A program made the position numbers and the translations under genes. Positions 55,941 through 64,000 of a stretch of DNA of 64,000 bases are shown in pieces. The first letter of the stretch is position 1; each line of letters starts with the position of its first letter. The notes under the pieces were generated by a model. The model ran no database searches, was not told the DNA's origin, and saw only the letters and a program-made list of their open reading frames with translations. The stretch is taken from NCBI RefSeq assembly GCF_000497125.1, contig NC_090602.1:1116001-1180000 (forward strand), given 5' to 3'. The DNA is from Spironucleus salmonicida (lineage: Eukaryota).

Positions 55941-57001
55941 TTTCTACCACTCCTCAAATTTCTTGCGCTGGCGTGCGTAATCGCTATCAGTGCTCCCTTA
56001 CAGACCCGAAATAATGCTAAAGTCCTTTTTCTGATATTAGCTACGACTCTAGCACCATAATTTGTGAATGTGCCAATGACACCGGTGTCATGTGTCGACG
56101 ATGCAGCGATCTACGCTAAAGGCATCTACCAATTATACGCCCATATAGAGGGTGAAAGCTAGGTTCTGTCCAAGAGGATCAAATAACCGTATTAAATGCA
56201 TACCCGTAGACACATATAAGTGCCTCCAACGAATAGTGCCACGCTATTTCCTGATGCTCGAGCTGCCATCCGATGACACCGTACAGTGCATCAAGTATGT
56301 GAACAATTTTGTCACAAACACTCCTGGCACCGTATGCGCGTTCCATACTTGGCCTAGTGCGGGCTGCATCATGGACGATGCCTGCTTCATCATCGCCGTG
56401 TACATGTGATACACTAAGTTCCAGACCTACCGCTGCTCGGTGTGTATGAATAGCCACTCAGTAGACATCCATATAGGTATGTACCAGTGTGGAGTACAAA
56501 GCTATTGTGGAGCGAGGATTGCAGTCGAACATATATTATGCACGATTGCCGCCTCGGTGAACAGGCATAGCACAGCATCCATAGGATGCCGCCCTATAGA
56601 GGTGGAATACGGCATGTATGGGCTCTCTAGCGTCGCTGGGGTGTTCGTTTGCACGGAGAAGAGCCGGGCCGTCGTGAGGGATATCATGTTAATCAGAATA
56701 ATTTTATCGCTCCCCACTGACCACTTCAGATTGTTATACGCACACAAGCAGCCAACCTGGGTATACCACGGCCAGCACACTTGCGATCTCCAGATGCATG
56801 CATATATTCAATGGCAAGGCTGCATATTTACACCGATAGCCCTACCAACGTGCAGATAACATGGAGATTGCACAGGTGTAGGGTCACAACGGCGCGTCCA
56901 GTAACCTTATATACACCTGAGCCCGTACCATATCCTTTGTAGGAAGCTGCTCCAGGATCGGAGTGCAGGGGATGCCCTCATCCTCCTGATCATTGATTAA
57001 A
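55941..57001 (+). pseudogene. Fragmented cysteine-rich/secreted protein remnant (right copy)
   Basis: C-rich motif TTCTACCACTCCTC followed by signal-peptide-like FLALACVIAISA with no ATG; Cys-rich stretches (CECAND, CRRC, CSVC) are spread over different frames with TGA stops. Confidence 0.35.
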
Positions 57002-58182
57002 TAATGATAGCACAAACAGATAAAATTAATTTACTGGTGCTGGGTAGAAGTTTTACACTTGATTATACATAATTTAACCTATAAAGATCTCTTAATCAGA
57101 ATCATTTCGTACAAATTCCGACTTAATAATGTATATCTATCAAAATTCACTGTATTCATCAATTAAAAGATATATAATCCAAAATTTTAAGAGGACAAAG
57201 TCTTCCTATTACTAAAAAATAAGAATTATCGTGTGCTGGTGAAAATCTACTTTATCCAAATTATTTTAAACTTCAAAATTTCACATATTTTATCTTTGGA
57301 GACTGCATAGTCATATGAATTCGCTTAGTAACATTTATTTCTTATTGTATCTACCATTATTAAAAACAACAGTTTTGACATAGAATTAATCAGCCCATAA
57401 ATATATATGTCATCTATTTACTATAGCAAGTGATTTCCCAGCAAATCTGTCACACTAATATGTGATAACTTGTTTCAATATCATTTATGTACTACAAAAT
57501 GAAATGGACAAATTTAACTAATCCATATAGTAGCTTTGACGGCTTTTTGTTAGATTTATCCCCGCGAATATGACCAATCATATTCTGTTTATATTTAGTT
57601 TAAAGTAATCAGAGTTTTGATACCAATTTCATGCAAAGTTTAGCCTGTTAAAATTTATCGCCGATTTTCTATTTCCTCATTGTAGATTTAATTAATGAAT
57701 ACTCCGATTCAGAGATAATTATATCTAATTTTCAACTTGTATATATCTATAATTAACATTTAAATATTTACTACAGTATTTTAAAATATTTGCAAATATA
57801 AATTTTATATTTATTATATACTTACTTATTCATAAAACGTAACTTCTTATGGTTACAAAGTATTGCTGTTACATGGCATAGTTGTTTGAAGGTAACATAA
57901 TGCACATTGTGAAGTATCGTCATAAACTGATCTGTTTGTATAATATATTACAGTAATAATAGTTTAACGGAGTCACAATAAGCGAAAGTTCGGTAATATT
58001 AGATACTATGATTTAAAGTGTTAATATTGTTATAGTTCGGAGATACGCATTCAGGTTATATTTAATACGCTATAAGATCCTCTCTTGCACGCTATAGTTT
58101 CGAATTTTAGCACGAAAGCTCTACACTCGCGGCCTATCTTGATAGTCTAATACTATGTATCTTATTACAGTTACTAAGGTAT

Positions 58183-58255
58183 GCCTTTTTAGCTCAGCAG
58201 GTAGAGCGTGCGGCTGTTAACCGCAAGGTCGACGGTTCAATCCCGCCAAAAGGCG
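58183..58255 (+). tRNA. tRNA-Asn(GTT)
   Basis: Identical 73-nt copy. Confidence 0.95.
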
Positions 58256-58282
58256 AATTTTTCAACTTACATCTCGCTTCGA

Positions 58283-58393
58283 ATGGCTGAGGTGCACCTC
58301 ACAGACCTCCTAGCTGCGTACCAGGCCGGCACACGCACCGTCAAAAATCTGACCTCTGACGTCATCTGCACCTCTGCCCCCCGCTCCACCGGT
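58283..58393 (+). pseudogene. Orphan 5' fragment (37 codons) of the 46032..47258 gene
   Basis: MAEVHLTDLL...APRSTG is identical, then identity stops at the arm boundary. Confidence 0.7.
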
Positions 58394-58477
58394 CACAGTC
58401 TTATCCGAATGCTCGTATTATAATTATATATGCACTAAAGAAGTTAGTGTTTTATGATCTTAAAAATAAATAAATAT

Positions 58478-58550
58478 GCTCCAATAGCTCAATGGATAGA
58501 GCGCTCGCCTCCTAAGCGAGAGGTTGTGGGTTCAAGTCCCATTTGGAGTA
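58478..58550 (+). tRNA. tRNA-Arg(CCT)
   Basis: Cloverleaf: acceptor GCTCCAA/TTGGAGT, anticodon arm CTCGC-CTCCTAA-GCGAG, T arm GTGGG-TTCAAGT-CCCAT. Confidence 0.95.
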
Positions 58551-58620
58551 AATTTATTAACTAATAAAACTATCACATTATCTTAGTAAAAAAATATTCT
58601 AAATTCAATCCAATTAGTTA

Positions 58621-59868
58621 TCACCCAGAGTAATCATAAACAACCTGTCGCATTTGCTAAACACACTATTACAACACTTCCTTTCCAACCCCAAATTTCT
58701 CATACAAATGCATATATGCACCAACTGATAATTTGCGCACCACATCATCACAGATCTCAGTAATTTAATCGTTGAAAATTCCACAATTAAGCAGAGCGCT
58801 ACCCATTGGCCCACCTAACCAGGAGTACTAAAACCCCTTCATTTATCCTTAGCAAGTTGATCTAAGCATCTTATATGATTCTGAGTAACTACTTACTTCA
58901 TTTTTTAAAATAGCCCCAAAATCACCATTGATATATTCATAACATCCTTTTCCACGCATTACTACTAAGCTTCCATAATTCTTAATTTCATTTTACACTT
59001 TCCACTCCATTTAACTGTCACAGCTTGCACCACTAATGCACATTTGCCTAATGTATTTTGCTATATTAAAAATTTTTCTTTCTGTCGCCTGAATAGGAAC
59101 TGTAGGTGTTGTTTTTGCACATAAAATATTCATAAAAGGAGATTTTGAACAACTAAAAATTTCTTTTTCAACACCTGCCAAAATACCCCCAATATTATGT
59201 GAGATTACTTCGTTTAAAACATCAAAATTTGGCCGAGTTTTCACACCTTTTTCTTTCCTGATTGCCTCTGCCGCTTCATCATTTCCTAGTAATAAAACAC
59301 TGTGTGAAACTTCTTAAATAGTGCTCAAGCTCAATAATGCATTAAAATTTTGAGTATTGACTTCTCCAACTCGAAATGGTAGAATAGCATGTGAAAAAAT
59401 ATCGTTTTTTGGGTGTTCTTATGCAATTTGGTTAAGAAGAAATGAGCCGAGGCCTGATCCAGTGCCTCCAGCCAGAGAAGATGCTGAAAAGAATGTAACA
59501 GATGTATCTGCATGCTCCAACTCCTTTCTGAGTTTTTCAGTGAAAATTGTAGCTATTTTTGGTCCGTGAAATGCGAAGCCATGTGCCCAATTATTTCCCG
59601 ACCCGGATTAATTGAAAATAGCTTATTAAGGTAGATAAGTGAAAGGAAGTTTTTAGTTATTAAGACATGCTGAATGTATAACTTTGGGCTCCATATCTAT
59701 TAAAAGTGAACGTGGAACTAGAGTTTATGCTTTTGGAGATTCGCGGAAAAGAGTACTAAAATTTGTTTCAGAATGAAGATTAAAGTTATGGCATCTTTTA
59801 AGAATCTCTGGCATAATTTGATTACCATATTAACCGAATTAGAGTGTAATCATTATTTGAAAAGACAT
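58621..59868 (-). CDS. TUBD1: Delta-tubulin
   Basis: Code-6 ORF of 415 aa: ITLQFGQYGNQI, RSLLIDMEPKVI, QSGSGNNWAHG, SLAGGTGSGLG, GAYMHLYEKFG. Confidence 0.85.
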
Positions 59869-60045
59869 TAATATATAATATTATATGTAATCAGTTTTAA
59901 TAATTATCAAAAAAATTGCCCTCATTTCAAACTGGTTTAATATAATATTCAAATATTCTAGTGACAACTTTATATATGTTATCACTAAAAAATATAATAT
60001 AGTATATTATTATATTATAAATTACATATCTTAATCACATTGAAA

Positions 60046-60654
60046 ATGCCATACCGTTTTACTTCCCCTTCCACTTAGATTGAAATATACATAGGCTTCG
60101 ACAAATTTGAAAATGAGAACCTAATAAAATATGCATTTCCAGGAGATATTTGGTTTCATGTCGATAAATTTTCTTCAGCTCATGTATACTGTAGAACTTT
60201 AGGAGAGTTCACATTCGACACACTACCCGAAAGCCTTATTGAAGAAGCTGCTGAATTAACAAAATCGAATTCAATAGAAGGATGTAAATAAAGTCGAGTT
60301 TGTATTATCTATACCCCTGCTGATAATTTGCTTAAAAGTGGTGATATGGATGTGGGAACAGTTGGATACAAGAATGATTAACTAGTAAAAAGAACATATG
60401 TTGATAGTAAAAATCGAGAAATGTTGAAAGATTTTAAAAGATAGATAATAGAGGATCGAGACTATGATTTTTATTCAGAGAAGATAAATTACGAAGCAGG
60501 AATTAAGAATGCTGAAAAAGCTGTCAAAAGGGCAGAGCGGAATAAATAAAAAGCTGAAATGGCAGAAAAATTAAAACAAAAAAAGGAGATGGATTATAGT
60601 CATTTGTATTAAAATGTTTAGGAACAGCAAGGTGATGTAGAAGATTTCTTCTGA
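60046..60654 (+). CDS. CCDC25: CCDC25/Jlp2 NFACT-R domain protein
   Basis: Code-6 ORF of 202 aa: IYIGFDKFENENLIKY...DIWFHVDKFSSAHVY...LTKSNSIEG...IYTP...NLLKSGDMDVGTVG. Confidence 0.9.
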
Positions 60655-62090
60655 CTATTATACGTTTTAATATATCAAACTATATATTGCTAATTTTAAC
60701 TTAATTAGTTAACTAAGCTTTCAATTGCAGTGTTTAATGATTTTGATAAATCTGCAAAGAATAAAAATTTATAAAATTTATCAAAAGAATAAGGATAATC
60801 ATAGTAGAATATAATTTATACATATGTTTGGCATAAAGTTATTAGTAAAAGATATGTTTTATAATTATGTAATATTTTTAAACTTTCAAATTGAAATTGT
60901 TTATGCAGGTCAAATCTATTTTTGATAGATCTCTTCCTTAAATTTATAATTGGATGCTAAAATGGTATTAAATTGCGAATTTTTGATTTTTAAAGATATC
61001 CAAAATCATATTTGTACTGAATTAAAGACTGATATTTTCTATTGTAGCAATAAATAATGTAAACGAAATAAACTACTAAAAATTAGATCCAACAATTTCA
61101 TTGACTGATCCCTCATAATACTCTGGATATGAGATATGATGATCATAGTACTATTTAATATTGAAAAATTTATCAACAAATAATATGACTTAATATTTTT
61201 TGGTAAAGTAATTTTCAAATTGTATAAAAACTGAATGTAATAGTTTTTAATTTAAGCATTGGGTATAGATTTTATAAATTGATTGTGTAGCAAGATAAAT
61301 TAGGATAGTGTATACATAATGGAATATCTGATATGAATATCTTTGATAAATTTTATAGAATACGATTACTTTTGCATCTAGTTTTATTAAACGAGTACAC
61401 TTTTTAAAATATGTTTATAAAATATCATTATCTTCAATATAATAGTAGTATACATTCCGAATAGTAAATTCAGTTATTATATTTCCTTAAAGTTACACAT
61501 TGATACCATCAAAAGAATCTTATGTTTGAGTTAAAAATATGAAAAGTTTTCAGTTATTTTGAAAAAAATTATTCAGGGATATTAGTAATTTACACATATA
61601 TAAAAGAAATAATCTCTAAGTTTAAATCTTATTACGTTAAGATTTATATTTAATTTAATGGAGATCCTATTCTAAATTATTTAAGATTAATACCTTGCGA
61701 TAAATCAAACATTTATATGTTTATTGAAGATAATTAAACCATTCAGTTACATAGGAACACGTAAATATACTACTATAAAAATTTATATCTGTTATTTTTA
61801 TATATTTATTAGTCAAATATATGTTATCTATAAGTTTTTTAATATATCCGTATAATCTCTTGAACTAATAACTATAATATCTGCCTTATATTTATTACAA
61901 TAGGTTATCCTAAAGATTTTCTAAAGTGATTCTGACATCTCCAACAGAAATCTAGCTATCAAATCCGACATAAATATTCAGTATAATTGAAATAACTTTT
62001 TATGATATTATATATTATCATTTATTTTTACTTATTCTAAAGTATAATTATATATAATTATTTAGTTCTATCTATTTCCACTTCTTTAAT

Positions 62091-64000
62091 ATGTCTATAG
62101 TGGAGATAGGTGCTTCTGCATTAACTCCAGAAAAAATTTATGAACTTCTTCACAGTAAGGGAATAGCAATATTAGATTCATCTGTATCTGCTCGTTTTAC
62201 TACTAAAACATCTATAGAATATATAGTTTCAGATTGCAAAACAGAAAGGGATTCAAATCTTTTAGCATTCATATTATAGCTTTTAAATACTGATAATTCT
62301 GTTCCTATTGAATAACTTTAACAATTAATTGCTGGTTTTCATGATAATAAAAGCCTTATTTCTACTCCTATCCATTATACTAATTTCTCAGCTTCTTCAG
62401 TTTCGTATTTAGTTTCTATCTCTACATCAGTTTTAACATTTGCATATTCTGTATTTTCAGAGCTAGTATGTATTAAATCTGGAGCTTTTATGCAAGAAAA
62501 AGCATTTACTGTAAGAAATTTCAATCAGGTAGCGAAGAATCTTAGTGAAGAAGTTAGAATTTATGCCAATGGATCAAAGAAACATGATTTGAAAAAAGGA
62601 GACTAGAATAATCAGTTTTTAAACATAGTTAAATTAAAAGAAAATGACATAATCTTGAGATAAAAGGCAAGAGAGGAACTGAAATGTGGTGTTTATCAAG
62701 ATGGTATGGAGAACTAGATATAGTATTAATTTTTTGAATCCTTATATTCATCATTGTTAAACGCTTATTAAGATTCAGTATATAGAGAATTCAATTTGAA
62801 ACAATTCAGTCACATAGATGGAAATTGGAAACCAACCTAACTCATGACTCCAGTTTAAACTTCACCATTACTTGAAGACCTTCCAACACTGCTTTATTCA
62901 TAACTTTAATCTGAATTATAAACTTCAATTCATCTCCTTTTAAGTGCACAAAGTGCTCTTAAGAAGGGTAAATTACAAATTGGAGAGGGAGTAATGCTAT
63001 TTTTGAATCAACTTTCTACTTCTTCTCCCACAAACAACTTTCCACGTCTTTCAGTTATTTCCCTCATTCTTAAAAATACAATTTTACCATCAAATCAGTC
63101 ACATAGAGTACCAATCCCACCTCCTGGCACTCGTGATCTTTTGCCTAACTAAATGCACTCTAGAAAGCTTGCATTAAACCTTATTACTGAAATTTTCGAG
63201 AAACACGGAGCACTTTAAATCGAGACTCCGACGTTTGAAACAAGAGCAGTATTGATGGGAAAATACGGTGAGGACCAGAAACTGATTTTTAACTTGGAGA
63301 ATTTTGGAGAAGAAATCTGCGCTTTACGCTACGACTTGACAGTGCCATTTTCGCGGTTTTGTGCCACGAACGGAATTAGCTAAATAAAACGTTATCAAAT
63401 AGGTAGAGTCTTCAGACGTGATAAGCCCGTTATGGAAAAAGGCCGTTTCCGCGAATTCTATCAATGTGATTTTGATATTGCTGGAAATTATGCTAGTAAT
63501 GTTCCTGATGCCGAAATATTGTGTGTTATCAGTGAAATTCTTAGTGGACTGAAATTAGGAGATTTCACAGTTATAGTTAGTGATAGAAGAATCTTAGATG
63601 CCGTTATGGGCCTCTGTGGGGTATAAAATGACAAACTAAGAGCTGTATGCGGTTGCGTAGATCAATTAGACAAAATAAGTCAGGAAGAAGTTATCGAGAA
63701 GATTGTCGGTAAAGGTGTAGACCGCGAAATTGGTGTGAATGTGATGAAAATGCTCGGTTTTAAGTCCTCTGGATAAGAGTTTTAAGATAAAGTCAAAGAA
63801 CTAGAATAAAACCAGGAGCTATTTACGGTTATTAAACCTTATTTGGAGGATTTAGCTGAGGTACTAAATTATCTCAAGTTATTTAACGCATAAGCATTGA
63901 AATCGATAGTTATTGATTTTTCACTTGCTAGAGGTTTGGATTATTACACTGGTATGATATTCGAGGCAAAAATGACCAAGACAAACTCTTCAATTGCAGG
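62091..64000 (+). CDS. HARS: Histidyl-tRNA synthetase with long N-terminal extension, 3'-truncated by the window
   Basis: [32 protein letters not shown]-like [35 protein letters not shown] in one code-6 frame from the ATG at 62091. Confidence 0.95.

Larger units (their letters stand above)
53486..58393. repeat. Inverted repeat 3, right arm (4908 bp)
   Basis: Reverse complement of 47148..52061. Confidence 0.95.

Noticed and set aside
56407-56409. In-frame TGA between two Cys-containing ORFs as possible selenocysteine
   Set aside because: No redox motif context, no SECIS recognised, and neighbouring frameshifts favour pseudogene decay.
60700-62050. Possible minus-strand gene between CCDC25 and HisRS
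   Set aside because: Frames I read are interrupted by TGA and show no recognisable motif; left uncalled.

Overview
Gene-dense, apparently intronless eukaryotic DNA. TAA/TAG code for Gln and only TGA is a stop (translation table 6), so the supplied ORF track breaks most real genes into pieces. The code, gene content (HydF, bacterial-like CTP synthase, cysteine-rich membrane proteins), AGTGA-type gene ends and C-rich upstream motifs point to a hexamitid diplomonad, most consistent with Spironucleus (inference). Re-read in code 6, the window holds the eRF3 3' part, a NAK kinase, a MATE-like transporter, two EF-1alpha, two MYG1, an ABC half-transporter, Tudor-SN, a degenerate ABCA, two cysteine-rich membrane proteins, two modular metallothionein-like genes, CTP synthase, an Sfi1-like protein, HydF, a CHD/Mi-2-type remodeler, delta-tubulin, CCDC25, HisRS, five tRNA-Asn, one tRNA-Arg and several hypotheticals. 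The dominant unexplained structure is three large, near-perfect inverted duplications (arms of about 2.4, 2.4 and 4.9 kb), each enclosing a unique 1.4-1.9 kb gene-bearing spacer; their arms cover about 30% of the window. Each arm of the third contains a pseudogene-rich cassette bracketed by directly repeated tRNA-Asn genes. All coordinates come from manual reading and no database searches were run.
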